Shown in pieces: positions 8,748 through 18,811 of a DNA stretch of 64,000 nucleotides. The notes below the pieces were generated by a model. That model made no database searches, was not told the origin of the DNA, and worked only from the letters and a program-made list of their open reading frames with translations. The translations under genes and the position numbers were made by a program. Source of the stretch: Promethearchaeota archaeon (GTDB lineage: Archaea; Asgardarchaeota; Lokiarchaeia; Sigyniarchaeales; SOKP01); the NCBI GenBank assembly GCA_048941015.1, contig JBHLNZ010000010.1, positions 1 through 64,000 of the forward strand, in the 5' to 3' direction. Position 1 is the stretch's first letter; the number at the start of each line of letters is the position of its first letter.

Positions 8748-9785
8748 ATGAAGAAAATAGGTATTTTTGACAGCGGTGTTGAAACACCTGAAGAGATCAT
8801 TATGGCAGCAGATTTTATTCCTTATAGACTCTTTGGAGATCCTACAATTCAACCAGATAAAGCTAATGAGCATATACCTCCTACTCATTGCATCTGGACA
8901 CGTAATCTTCTTGAGCAGGCTATTCAAGGTTTAAACAAAGATATTGTAGGTATAATTGCAACTCATGGCTGTGATCGTACTAATCGTGAATTTGATATAT
9001 GGGTTGAATGTATTAAACTTGATTTTATGTTTTTTTTAAATTCGCCTCGCAAGAGAAGCAAATTAGCTTTTAACTTTTTTATTGATGACATGAAGGAACT
9101 TATTACTCAATTTGAAGAGCATTTCGATGTTCGAATAAATAATGAAAAGTTAAGAACAAATATAAAGAAGATGAACCAAATAAGGAGGCTTCTAAAAAAA
9201 ATCTCTGAATTTAGGAAAAATATGTTATTAAAAGGTTCCGAATTTCACGAATTAGTTAAAAATGCTCAACAAAATAATAAAGATGATACATTAAAATTTC
9301 TTCAATTAAAATTAGAAGACCTAGAAAAAAGGAAACCAATGAGTCAAAATAATTTTAAAAAAGTTTTATTAACAGGTTCTGATATAGACGATACCGAATT
9401 TATTAAATTTCTTGAAGAACTTGGGTTTCACATTGTGATAGATGACTTATGTGTTGGTACAAAGTATTTCTGGGATAATGTTGATGAGAGCGATGAACCT
9501 TTAAGAGCTTTAGCAAAATATCACCTTAATAAGCCCATTTATTCGACAAAATTTCCATCCTATGAAAGGTTTGAAATTCTTAAAAGATTAGCTAAAGAAT
9601 ATGATGTTGATGGTGTTATTAATATTTCTCAGAAGTTTTGTGAGCCAATGCTATATGACCATCCATATTTAAATAAAAAATTTAAAGAACTTGACATTCC
9701 TTATCTTTTTATTGAAATCACTTATAATAGAGAATCATATACCCAATTATCAACAAGATTTTCAGCGTTTGCTGAAATGATTTAG
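8748..9785 (+). CDS. 2-hydroxyacyl-CoA dehydratase / benzoyl-CoA reductase family subunit (HgdB/BcrC-like)
   Basis: PEEIIMAA, HC, GCD, DDLCVG, KFCEP. Confidence 0.85.
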   Translation: MKKIGIFDSGVETPEEIIMAADFIPYRLFGDPTIQPDKANEHIPPTHCIWTRNLLEQAIQGLNKDIVGIIATHGCDRTNREFDIWVECIKLDFMFFLNSPRKRSKLAFNFFIDDMKELITQFEEHFDVRINNEKLRTNIKKMNQIRRLLKKISEFRKNMLLKGSEFHELVKNAQQNNKDDTLKFLQLKLEDLEKRKPMSQNNFKKVLLTGSDIDDTEFIKFLEELGFHIVIDDLCVGTKYFWDNVDESDEPLRALAKYHLNKPIYSTKFPSYERFEILKRLAKEYDVDGVINISQKFCEPMLYDHPYLNKKFKELDIPYLFIEITYNRESYTQLSTRFSAFAEMI

Positions 9786-9787
9786 AG

Positions 9788-11053
9788 GTGGGAGAAATTT
9801 CAAAATCAGAACATAAAAAAATGTTAGATGCAACTCAAGGTTTAAAGAATATTATGGGTAGACATTTCTTAGCAATTGAACAAGCTTACAGAGATGCAAA
9901 GCCAACAGCTTGGGCCACTTCAGGAAGTCCTGTTGAACTTCTTTATGCGATGGATGTACAACCAATATTACCCGAAAATTCAGCAACTATCTCTGCTGCT
10001 CAAAAATATTCTAAAAATTTTATCGAGCTTGCTGAGGATGAGGGATTTTCCTATGATCTTTGTTCCTATTTTAAAACAAATGTTGGAGCCGTAATAAGTA
10101 ATGCAGATATGACTAAAGGAGGTACTCGAAAACCAACCTTTATGTTATCTACAGATGTTATATGTGATACTCATGTCAACTGGTTCGAAGTTCAAGCTGA
10201 ACGATTAAACGTACCGCATTATACGCTTGATATCCCACATGTTGTTAGTAATACAAACAAAAGACAATATAATTACTTTAAAAAATATATTACCGAACAA
10301 CTTTATGAGTTTCTCGATTTCATTCAAGAAGTGACTGGTCATGAATATAATAAAGAAAAAGCCAAAGAAGTGACCAAAAATTCATGGGACTTAAGTATGG
10401 TTTGGCAAGAAATTTACAAACTAAGGAAAGTTGTCCCTTGCCCTATAAGTACCCGAGATACGTTCGGAGGGTTATTTCCTCTGTTTACGATGCCTGGACT
10501 AAAAGCTCCTATTAAATTATATAAAAGAATGTATCGAGAAGCAAAGGAAAGAGTAGATAACGGAATAGGTGCACTTAAAAATGAGGAATTTCGTCTTATG
10601 TTTGAGGGAATACCTTTCTGGTATCATTTACGCTTTTTTAGTAATTTAGAAAAGTGGAATGCGGTTATTGTCTATGAACCTTACACTTATGCTTTTAGTA
10701 AATATATGAATCCAAATGTGACAAAAGAAATGGTTTTTAGTCAACCTATTGAAGCTATGTCCGAATTACTACTAAGCTTTTGGTATATATATGATCTTAA
10801 GACAAGAATTAAGAAGTTTGAAGAAACAGTTGAGGAATGGAAGATTGATGGAGTTTTATTGCATGAGAATTTATCTTGTAGACCAAATTCTTGTGGTTTA
10901 TATGATTTAAAACGCCATTTAATGGATGACTATGATATTCCTTGTCTTGTTATTTCTAGTGATATGAATGATCCAAGAAAAATGAATGAAACTCAGGTAT
11001 TAAATCAAATAGAGAGCTTTATAGAAATCTTACGTAAGAGAAAAAAACAATAA
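9788..11053 (+). CDS. 2-hydroxyacyl-CoA dehydratase / benzoyl-CoA reductase family subunit (HgdA/BcrB-like)
   Basis: PVELLYAMD..PEN, DLCSY, ICD, SCRP, DMNDPR; GTG start 2 nt after the partner stop. Confidence 0.85.
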   Translation: MGEISKSEHKKMLDATQGLKNIMGRHFLAIEQAYRDAKPTAWATSGSPVELLYAMDVQPILPENSATISAAQKYSKNFIELAEDEGFSYDLCSYFKTNVGAVISNADMTKGGTRKPTFMLSTDVICDTHVNWFEVQAERLNVPHYTLDIPHVVSNTNKRQYNYFKKYITEQLYEFLDFIQEVTGHEYNKEKAKEVTKNSWDLSMVWQEIYKLRKVVPCPISTRDTFGGLFPLFTMPGLKAPIKLYKRMYREAKERVDNGIGALKNEEFRLMFEGIPFWYHLRFFSNLEKWNAVIVYEPYTYAFSKYMNPNVTKEMVFSQPIEAMSELLLSFWYIYDLKTRIKKFEETVEEWKIDGVLLHENLSCRPNSCGLYDLKRHLMDDYDIPCLVISSDMNDPRKMNETQVLNQIESFIEILRKRKKQ

Positions 11054-11109
11054 TTCTCTTAAGTTAAAGTAAATTCTTTACTTTTTTCAGATTGTTAAAA
11101 ATTAATACT

Positions 11110-12228
11110 TTAATGTTTATATTCTCTCAAAGGTAATTGAATGGTCTTTTGAGTACGTTGTGATTCGTATGATGCTAAAACTATTTCCAAACTAGCCCTT
11201 CCATCATATATAGTTGGTATCCATTCCTTAGGAAATCCAACGTCCTCATTTGAACGATTTAGAACTTGATTTATAAAACTTCGAACCTCTCGAGCATAAG
11301 GAAGGTTCCAACGATCCTTAGGGAAACTAATTTCGATTTCCTGGACTTTACTTGTTTTTGTTCTACTAAAACGTTTTTTTATCGTCATAGGTTTTAAGAA
11401 TCCCTCAAATGGGACATCAAAAAAGTATGTTCCTTCTGTTCCATGAATTCTGCCTAATTCCTCCCCATAAAAACTACCAAAAAATGCTTCAGAACGCTCA
11501 AACACTGCAATAACTTCACTTTCTTTAAATGACAATAGAACAGTAGAATGATCTTCATTAACTCTGCTCTTATGGATCTTTCTTATTTGTGCACTTACAC
11601 TCTTTACTTCTCCAAACCACCATCTAAATAAATCAAAATAGTGCGGTCCGTGATCCAAAAGATCTCCTCCTCCGCATCTATCACTTGTCAATCTCCATAG
11701 TCCCGCTTCTTCTATTATATCCTTTCTCGGATTTGGCCCAAGATCAGGCATATAATGATACCAAGAAATTGAAGCATGAAAAATATCACCTATTTCCTTT
11801 TCAATAATTCTTTTCTTGAGGAATTGGAATCCTAAATCGAATCTTTTCTGTGTTGCCGTTTGAAAAATTATATTATTTTTCTCAACATCTTTAATCATTT
11901 TATCAATTTCTTCTAAATTTAACCCAATAGGCTTCTCACATAAAATATGCTTTCCATTTTCTGCTGCTTTTATCACCTGCTCAGCATGAGCCCAATGAGG
12001 AGAACAAATGCTCACTGCTTCAATATTTGGATCTTCTAATAAATCTTGTGGATCAAGATACGTTTTTGGAACATTATAATGCTTTTGTGCTAGTTTAAGA
12101 TGAGATTCGAGGGGATCAGAAACTGCTACTATCTCTGCGAGTGGAGATTTGTAATATGTTGGTAAATGACCATTATTTGCAACAGTTCCGCATCCTATAA
12201 CGCCAACTTTTAGCTTATTATTGGGCAA
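11110..12228 (-). CDS. Gfo/Idh/MocA family NAD(P)-dependent oxidoreductase
   Basis: GVIGCG, GKHILCEKP, GGGDLLDHGPH. Confidence 0.92.
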   Translation of the reverse strand: MPNNKLKVGVIGCGTVANNGHLPTYYKSPLAEIVAVSDPLESHLKLAQKHYNVPKTYLDPQDLLEDPNIEAVSICSPHWAHAEQVIKAAENGKHILCEKPIGLNLEEIDKMIKDVEKNNIIFQTATQKRFDLGFQFLKKRIIEKEIGDIFHASISWYHYMPDLGPNPRKDIIEEAGLWRLTSDRCGGGDLLDHGPHYFDLFRWWFGEVKSVSAQIRKIHKSRVNEDHSTVLLSFKESEVIAVFERSEAFFGSFYGEELGRIHGTEGTYFFDVPFEGFLKPMTIKKRFSRTKTSKVQEIEISFPKDRWNLPYAREVRSFINQVLNRSNEDVGFPKEWIPTIYDGRASLEIVLASYESQRTQKTIQLPLREYKH

Positions 12229-12353
12229 TAATTTTAACCTAAATTAAATAAAATTATTATTATAGATTTTATAAAATTGGAATTTCTTTAAAAATTTAGG
12301 TTTAGTACTAATTTAATTATAAGCTTAAATAAAGCTCTTTTTTTTTATGCAAT

Positions 12354-12707
12354 TCAATTAGAAATTTTTACAAGATGATTAGGTGTGAGAATTAGATACT
12401 GATCTCCTAGCCTAGCCATAGATCCTCCATTATCTCTTAAAAATAATTTTAAATCTTCAATTCCTCTTTTTAGTTTAGTCACATCTATATTTCGGAGTAT
12501 TTCTTTTGCATTAATTATTAAAATATTTCGATTTAACAATTCCTTTTTAATATCTTCAATCTGTTCAAGAGAAGAAAAATCGTATTTTTTAATCATAAAA
12601 CTCTGTTTAAGAGCAGAAAATTCTCTCGAAAATCCCATTGTTTCTTCTGGAGAACTCATTAGATCATAATCAACTTTTTTCCAAAATCTTGTCACTTTTG
12701 TGATCAC
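12354..12707 (-). CDS. sepF: Cell division protein SepF (archaeal type)
   Basis: IEDIKKELLNRNILIIN..GGSMARLGDQYLILTP core; short amphipathic N-terminus. Confidence 0.75.
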   Translation of the reverse strand: MITKVTRFWKKVDYDLMSSPEETMGFSREFSALKQSFMIKKYDFSSLEQIEDIKKELLNRNILIINAKEILRNIDVTKLKRGIEDLKLFLRDNGGSMARLGDQYLILTPNHLVKISN

Positions 12708-13051
12708 TACTTCATTTTATACTTAAATTTTCTCAAACACTTACGTTTATAAATTATCTAGATTCATATTTAAGTAAGAAAGTTATCGAGATGTCTATTT
12801 TTCTACTATAGGTGTATTATGTAGAAAATATAAAAGCGTTTTTTTCGAGATTTTTATATTTTTCTTATATCGCTATTTTTGGAAGTATAATATCAATCTT
12901 TCCACTTTAAACATTATATTATGCATGTAATATCTTCTTATAAATATCCTATAATAACTCAAAATTTAATTTTGTCTCGAGTTTAAAAATTATTAATATA
13001 GATAAATCATATTAATGATCATCTGAAAATTAATACAAAAATCGAATTAAA

Positions 13052-13513
13052 ATGAGCGAAGAAAAAGTTATTGTTGCAAATAAAGGCTTAGTTCGGGCAG
13101 AGTTTAACTTTTGGGTTGGTCTTTATATGGATAAATTTTATGATGGACTTGAAAATAAGAAAATTGTTGGAAATAAATGCCCGAAATGTGGTGATGTATT
13201 TGTTCCACCAAGAAAAATCTGTGGGAAATGTAATGTTGTTATACCATTTGATAATAACTGGTTGGATTTACCAGATACTGGTACGCTTGTAAACTATACC
13301 ATAACTTCCTATAGAGTTAATGATAGGAGTGATAGAAAAGCAAAACCTCAGATAATCGGTATGATAAAAATCGATGGAAGCAATACAGGAATAATATATA
13401 GAATATTAGATATAGATTCTAGCGAAGTAAACACAGGAATGAAAGTAAAAATTGAATGGAATGAAAAAACAAAAGGAGATCCTTCTGATATCAAGGGCTT
13501 CGTTAAGGTGTAA
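13052..13513 (+). CDS. DUF35 (Zn-ribbon + OB-fold, ChsH2-like) protein
   Basis: KCPKCG.VFVPPRKICGKC, GMKVKIEW. Confidence 0.9.
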   Translation: MSEEKVIVANKGLVRAEFNFWVGLYMDKFYDGLENKKIVGNKCPKCGDVFVPPRKICGKCNVVIPFDNNWLDLPDTGTLVNYTITSYRVNDRSDRKAKPQIIGMIKIDGSNTGIIYRILDIDSSEVNTGMKVKIEWNEKTKGDPSDIKGFVKV

Positions 13514-13528
13514 AGGGTGGTATACTAA

Positions 13529-14671
13529 ATGGAAAAAGTAGGAATTGTTGGATATAATCAAGTCAAATTGTATTCAGACGCAAATTATGGTCGATATGAG
13601 ATGATTTTTGAGGCTGTGAGAGGTGCTATTGATAGTGCAGGCTTGAAAAAGAAAGATATTACAACAGTAATATCATGTACTAACGATTATTATGATGGAC
13701 GTACTATTTCAAATTGTTTTACTGTTGAAGTTGGTGGAGGATATCTAGCAGATGAGAGTAAAGTCGAGATGGATGGAGCTCACGGAGTGCTTTATGGTTT
13801 AATGAGAATTTTGTCTGGAAATCATAAACTTGCCGTAGTCTGGGGTGGAAGCATGGCGTCATGTTTTCCGTATCATACTACAAGACTCTACGAGACTGAT
13901 CCAACTTGGGAAAGACCAAATGCTTATGTGAATGATATAACAGCTGCAGGCTTTCAGATGAGAGCTTATATGGAAAAATATGGAGTTAGTACTGAAGATA
14001 TCGCCAAAATAGCTGTAAAAAATAGAAAAAACGCTTCAAAAAATCCTTTAGCTTTAGAAGAAGCTCAAAATCCAAATATAACGATTAAAGATGTATTGGA
14101 GTCAGATATTTATGCTGCTCCTGTTACAGAATTAATGGTAGCTCAGCCTTGTGATGGAGTTGCTGCTTTATTACTAGCACCAGAGAAACATGCATTAAAA
14201 ATAACTGATAAACCCGTTTGGATTACTGGGGTAGGATGGAATCAAGATACATACTATCTCGGAGATCGAGATCTTTCTGGCTCTAAATCAATGGAATTAG
14301 CTGGTAAAATGGCTTTTGACGCTGCAGGGATTAAAAGTCCTAAAGATGAAATTCATGTAGCAGAACTTTTTGAAGCTTATGCACATGAAGAACTTATTTT
14401 TTCAGAGGCTTTAGGCTTAGCGGAAAAGGGAAAAGGTGCAGATCTTAGCTCTGAGATTGATGGTAAATTGCCGATTAATCCTTCAGGTGGTGCTATTAGC
14501 GGTAATCCTCCCTGTGCCACTGGTTTGATTAGGATAATTGAGGCTGCTAAGCAACTTAGAGGCGAGGCTGGTAAATATCAGGTCAAAGATGCCAAGAGAG
14601 CGATAGCTTCGGGGCAAATAGGAATGTGTGCTCAAAATAATATATTATATGTTTTAGAAGGAGGTGCATAA
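13529..14671 (+). CDS. Thiolase-fold protein, Ltp4-like
   Basis: DYYDGRTIS, ESKVEMDGA, PINPSGG; no thiolase nucleophile Cys motif. Confidence 0.85.
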   Translation: MEKVGIVGYNQVKLYSDANYGRYEMIFEAVRGAIDSAGLKKKDITTVISCTNDYYDGRTISNCFTVEVGGGYLADESKVEMDGAHGVLYGLMRILSGNHKLAVVWGGSMASCFPYHTTRLYETDPTWERPNAYVNDITAAGFQMRAYMEKYGVSTEDIAKIAVKNRKNASKNPLALEEAQNPNITIKDVLESDIYAAPVTELMVAQPCDGVAALLLAPEKHALKITDKPVWITGVGWNQDTYYLGDRDLSGSKSMELAGKMAFDAAGIKSPKDEIHVAELFEAYAHEELIFSEALGLAEKGKGADLSSEIDGKLPINPSGGAISGNPPCATGLIRIIEAAKQLRGEAGKYQVKDAKRAIASGQIGMCAQNNILYVLEGGA

Positions 14672-14673
14672 AA

Positions 14674-15921
14674 ATGGGGAGACAAGTCGCAATAGTATCG
14701 GCTGGATTTAGTGAGCACGCTTCAAAACGTTCTGATGTTAACATGGGAGAACTCGTTAGTGAAGCAATAGAAGATTGTTTAAAAAAGGTACCTAGTCTTG
14801 AACTTAAGGATATAGATGCTTATGTTAATGGAAATATGCCTGCTTTTGAAGGCTCAAATATTCCTGAATTATGGATAACAGATTGGATGGGTGCGAGAAA
14901 TAAACCCCTTATGAGAATCACAACGGGAGGAACTACAGGAGGATCAGTAGCCATCGCAGGATATTACACGGTAACTGCAGGTTTGCCAGGAATTGATACG
15001 GTTTTGGCAGTTGCTTTTGAACAACAATCTCAAGGGGATACTAGTGTTGGTCTTGCAAGTGTTGCGTATGGAGAAATTTCAATCCTTAATACTATGGGAG
15101 CAACTTACGATCATCTAACTCGTTTATTATCGGGTGGTGCTGCTATTGGAGCAGCTGCTTATCAAGCAACAACATATATGAATAAAACAAATATAACTGA
15201 AGAAGATTTAGCAAGAGTAGTCGTACAAAATAGACACAATGCTGCTAAAACATGGTGGGCACATTTAAAAATGCCAGATCTTACCATAGAACAGGTGCTT
15301 GACACTCCATACATTCAATACCCTTTAAGATATGGAATGGTCTGTCCAGCATCGGATGGCGCATGCGCAATGTTATTTACAACAGAAGAAAAAGCTAAAG
15401 ATATGTGCGACATTCCGGTATATGTTAATGGAGTAGCAAGTGTTGCTAATGAATCTGCCATACTTGGATATGATGGAAGTGGATCAGCTCAAATTGATCC
15501 TTCTATGCAATTGGGGGCGATGAGATCATCTGAATTAGCATATAGTCAAGCAGGAATATCGTTTCCAAGAAAGGAAATTGATTATGCTGAGGTGTATTCT
15601 CCATTTCCTAATCAGGAGTTAATGTGGGTTGAAAAATTAGGTTTATTTGAGGAAGCTACAGCACCTGAAATGTATGAAACAGGTGTTACAGCAGTAAATG
15701 GAGATTTACCAGTAAATTGCTCCGGTGGAGTAAATTCCACTAATGCTATAGGGGCATCTGCAATGGAAAGACCTGCCGTAGCAGCATTACAGATTATGGG
15801 AAAAGCTAGTAATCAAGTTCCAAAGACTGTACATGCTTCAATAGGAAGCGGATGGGGAGGATCACTTAATTTTATCACTTTGATGGTTATGGCTGATGAG
15901 CCCCAAAGAAAATGGAGGTGA
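14674..15921 (+). CDS. Thiolase-fold protein, Ltp3-like aldolase
   Basis: FEGSNIPELW, KPLMRITTGGTTGGS, CPASDGACA, AEVYSPF, VNCSGG. Confidence 0.85.
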   Translation: MGRQVAIVSAGFSEHASKRSDVNMGELVSEAIEDCLKKVPSLELKDIDAYVNGNMPAFEGSNIPELWITDWMGARNKPLMRITTGGTTGGSVAIAGYYTVTAGLPGIDTVLAVAFEQQSQGDTSVGLASVAYGEISILNTMGATYDHLTRLLSGGAAIGAAAYQATTYMNKTNITEEDLARVVVQNRHNAAKTWWAHLKMPDLTIEQVLDTPYIQYPLRYGMVCPASDGACAMLFTTEEKAKDMCDIPVYVNGVASVANESAILGYDGSGSAQIDPSMQLGAMRSSELAYSQAGISFPRKEIDYAEVYSPFPNQELMWVEKLGLFEEATAPEMYETGVTAVNGDLPVNCSGGVNSTNAIGASAMERPAVAALQIMGKASNQVPKTVHASIGSGWGGSLNFITLMVMADEPQRKWR

Positions 15922-15927
15922 GATTAA

Positions 15928-16455
15928 ATGTCAAAAATAACACAAAGAAAACATTTAGATTATGTAAAAAAGGAATATGTTAAGACTCGAACTATGCCTG
16001 CAAATTGGTATTTGTCAAGCTACAAATACAAATTCAATGTTACTCATTTGAAACCTTTTATGGATAAATTAAAAGAGAAAAAATTAGTCGCAAATCAATG
16101 TTCAGGCTGTAATCGCGTATTTTTTCCACCACGGCTAGTATGTGGGCAATGTTTTGTAGTTCCAGATAAATGGGTTGATATAAGAGATACTGCATCCGTT
16201 GCTACTTATGCAATTGCTTTTTTAAAAGATGAAAATGGAGTAGTTCAAGAGAGACCAATGGTCCTTGTTCATCATGATGGAGCTGATACTTGTAGTATAG
16301 CTGAATTACGTGAAGATATAGAAGTAAAAGATACCTATGTTGGAATGCCTATTAAAGCACATTGGAAAGAAACGCCTGAAGGTGGACTGATGGATATTGA
16401 ATATTATGAAGTAATAGAAGATAAATCGAAAGATATGAAAAAAGAAAAAAAATAA
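15928..16455 (+). CDS. DUF35 (Zn-ribbon + OB-fold) protein
   Basis: QCSGCNRVFFPPRLVCGQC, VGMPIKAHW. Confidence 0.9.
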   Translation: MSKITQRKHLDYVKKEYVKTRTMPANWYLSSYKYKFNVTHLKPFMDKLKEKKLVANQCSGCNRVFFPPRLVCGQCFVVPDKWVDIRDTASVATYAIAFLKDENGVVQERPMVLVHHDGADTCSIAELREDIEVKDTYVGMPIKAHWKETPEGGLMDIEYYEVIEDKSKDMKKEKK

Positions 16456-16478
16456 TCTCTTTTTTTTTTTAATTTTTT
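16456..16478. terminator. T-tract terminator between convergent genes
   Basis: Long T runs directly after the DUF35 stop. Confidence 0.45.
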
Positions 16479-18131
16479 TTATGAAAATATTATTCCCTCA
16501 AATGGAGTTAACTTAATTTTTCCGCTATAATCATTAAGCTCTAATGTTTTTCTATTAGGCAACGTAGAAAAGAGTAATTCTGGTTTTTCTTTAGGTAAAT
16601 CAATTATTAATTCTTTTTTTGTAAAATTTAAATAAATAGTTAATTCCTGATCCTTATATAATCTTTGATAAGTTAGACAATTTTTCTTATTTTCTTCAGG
16701 TTCTATAAATTTGAATTGACCTTCCTGTAAAGAAATATTCTGCTTTCTTAGCTTTATTAATCTTTTATAGCAATTAAGTAAGGACTCTGGATTCTTTTGT
16801 TCTTTCATTACATTGATTTTTTCATAAGAATCTGAAACTCTTAACCACGTTTTAGCCTCAACGTTAGATGAAAATCCCGCGTTTTGTTCACTATTCCATT
16901 GCATTGGTGTTCTGCATCTGTCTCGGGATAATGAAATACCAAAGATTTTAGCTAAAAACGGTATTGGAAATTTAGAATATTTTTTAGTTAAAGGATCTTG
17001 ACTCTCTTTTATTTTAAAACTGACATTAGGCATTCCAATCTCTTCTCCATAATAGATAAAAGGAACCCCTCTTAGGGTTAACTGTAACGTAGCAAGTATT
17101 TTTGCCTTTCGAAAATCATTTTTAATTAACGAGATATACCTGTCGCGATCATGATTCCCATATACATATGTAGGAGTATATGGAAATGGTAATGTATTTT
17201 CTATTCTAGAAATTACTCTTTTATATTTTTTAAAATTAAAATGAGCAGAAGAAAATTCAAATAAAAAACACATATGCAGTCCATTGTTGTTGGGACCATA
17301 GTAACGCCGTAATTGTTCTATTATTCCAAAAACTTCACCTACAAGAAATCTTTCTGGTTCGTACTCATCCATTATTTTTCTCAATTCTAATGTAAAATCG
17401 AAGGTTTCTGGGAGATTTAAATTATATTTATGTTTCTGAAATAGGGAAGCATTTTTTTTTTCAGAATATAATGCCCAACTAAAAGGATTATTTCTTAAAT
17501 CTTTATCTTCATAAATCGCGTGTAAAATATCCAATCGAAATCCATCTATTCCTTTATCTAACCAAAATCGTATAGTATTAAACATTTCTTCTTTAACTTC
17601 AGGATTTCTATAATTTAAATCAGGTTGGAAGGGCAAAAATCCAAAGTAAACCCATTGATTAGTATTTTCGTAATACTTCCAAGCTTTCCCCCCAATGATT
17701 GCGTTCCAATTGTTTGGAGGTTTTTTTCCATCAAGATTCTTACCATCTCTCCATATATACCAATCTCGTTTAGGATTACTTTTACTTGATGCCGATTCAA
17801 TAAACCATGGATGTTCATCAGAAGTATGATTAAGGACTAAATCCAAGACTATTTTCATATTCCTATTGTGTATTTCATTAAGGAGATTGTCAAAATCCTG
17901 CAGTGTTCCATATTCTGGTGAAATGTCACGAAAATCTTTAACATCATATCCATGATCTTTCTGCGGAGATTTAAAGAAGGGACTAAACCATATTGTTTCC
18001 ACACCAAGTTCTTCTAAATAATCTAATTTTTGAATAATTCCTTGAAGGTCTCCTATACCATTTCCAGTACTATCTTTGAACGAACGAGGATAAATTTGAT
18101 AAACTACTGTTTTTTGCCACCATTTATGCAT
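16479..18131 (-). CDS. GH13 alpha-glucosidase / oligo-1,6-glucosidase
   Basis: YQIYPRSF, DLVLNHTS, QPDLN, DGFRLD, VGE, NHD, YYGEEIG. Confidence 0.95.
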   Translation of the reverse strand: MHKWWQKTVVYQIYPRSFKDSTGNGIGDLQGIIQKLDYLEELGVETIWFSPFFKSPQKDHGYDVKDFRDISPEYGTLQDFDNLLNEIHNRNMKIVLDLVLNHTSDEHPWFIESASSKSNPKRDWYIWRDGKNLDGKKPPNNWNAIIGGKAWKYYENTNQWVYFGFLPFQPDLNYRNPEVKEEMFNTIRFWLDKGIDGFRLDILHAIYEDKDLRNNPFSWALYSEKKNASLFQKHKYNLNLPETFDFTLELRKIMDEYEPERFLVGEVFGIIEQLRRYYGPNNNGLHMCFLFEFSSAHFNFKKYKRVISRIENTLPFPYTPTYVYGNHDRDRYISLIKNDFRKAKILATLQLTLRGVPFIYYGEEIGMPNVSFKIKESQDPLTKKYSKFPIPFLAKIFGISLSRDRCRTPMQWNSEQNAGFSSNVEAKTWLRVSDSYEKINVMKEQKNPESLLNCYKRLIKLRKQNISLQEGQFKFIEPEENKKNCLTYQRLYKDQELTIYLNFTKKELIIDLPKEKPELLFSTLPNRKTLELNDYSGKIKLTPFEGIIFS

Positions 18132-18233
18132 AATTGAATCACTTTTGAAAGTATTATATTCTTAAATTATAATTGATCATTTTTAGAAATTTTTAGAAAA
18201 CTATAAATTTCTATACAAACCTATTTTTAAAAT

Positions 18234-18767
18234 ATGGAATCAAAAGGTTCAGATTTGATTGAGCTAATCAAATCACGTAAAAGTATTAGAAACTTCGTAT
18301 ATAAAAAGATTGATAATGAAACTATCAGAGAAATAATAGAATGTGCTCGTTGGGCTCCTTCAGGTCAAAATAATCAACCTTGGAAGGTTTGTATTGTATC
18401 TCATCCTACAGTTAAGCGAATGATTGCTGAGCAAACTAAAGATGGAGGTATTATTGAAAGTGCTTATGTGAATTTCGTTATTTTCTTAGATCTCGAAAGA
18501 AGTTATGACCGTGTAAAAGATATTTCTGCAATGGGCGCATTTATTCAAAACATCCTTTTAGCTGTGCATGCTAAAGGCTTGGGTGCTGTTTGGATCGGAG
18601 AAATCTTAAAAAATAAAGATCATGTGAATGAAATCTTTAAATATCCTACTGATAAGTTTGAACTAATTTGTGTTATAGCTGTAGGCATAATTGATGAACC
18701 TTTAGAAGAAAAGAGGGAAAAGGAGCGAGAAAGGAAACCGATCGATGATTTTATTGATTGGTTTTAA
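18234..18767 (+). CDS. Nitroreductase family protein
   Basis: RKSIRNF, APSGQNNQPW, GLGAVWIG. Confidence 0.93.
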   Translation: MESKGSDLIELIKSRKSIRNFVYKKIDNETIREIIECARWAPSGQNNQPWKVCIVSHPTVKRMIAEQTKDGGIIESAYVNFVIFLDLERSYDRVKDISAMGAFIQNILLAVHAKGLGAVWIGEILKNKDHVNEIFKYPTDKFELICVIAVGIIDEPLEEKREKERERKPIDDFIDWF

Positions 18768-18811
18768 TTTACTAACTAAAATAAGTTCATCTGATACTTC
18801 TTATTAGAATA

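Noticed and set aside
8748-11053. Benzoyl-CoA reductase / aromatic degradation call
   Set aside because: No ATPase subunits or ring-cleavage genes nearby; family cannot be resolved by eye.
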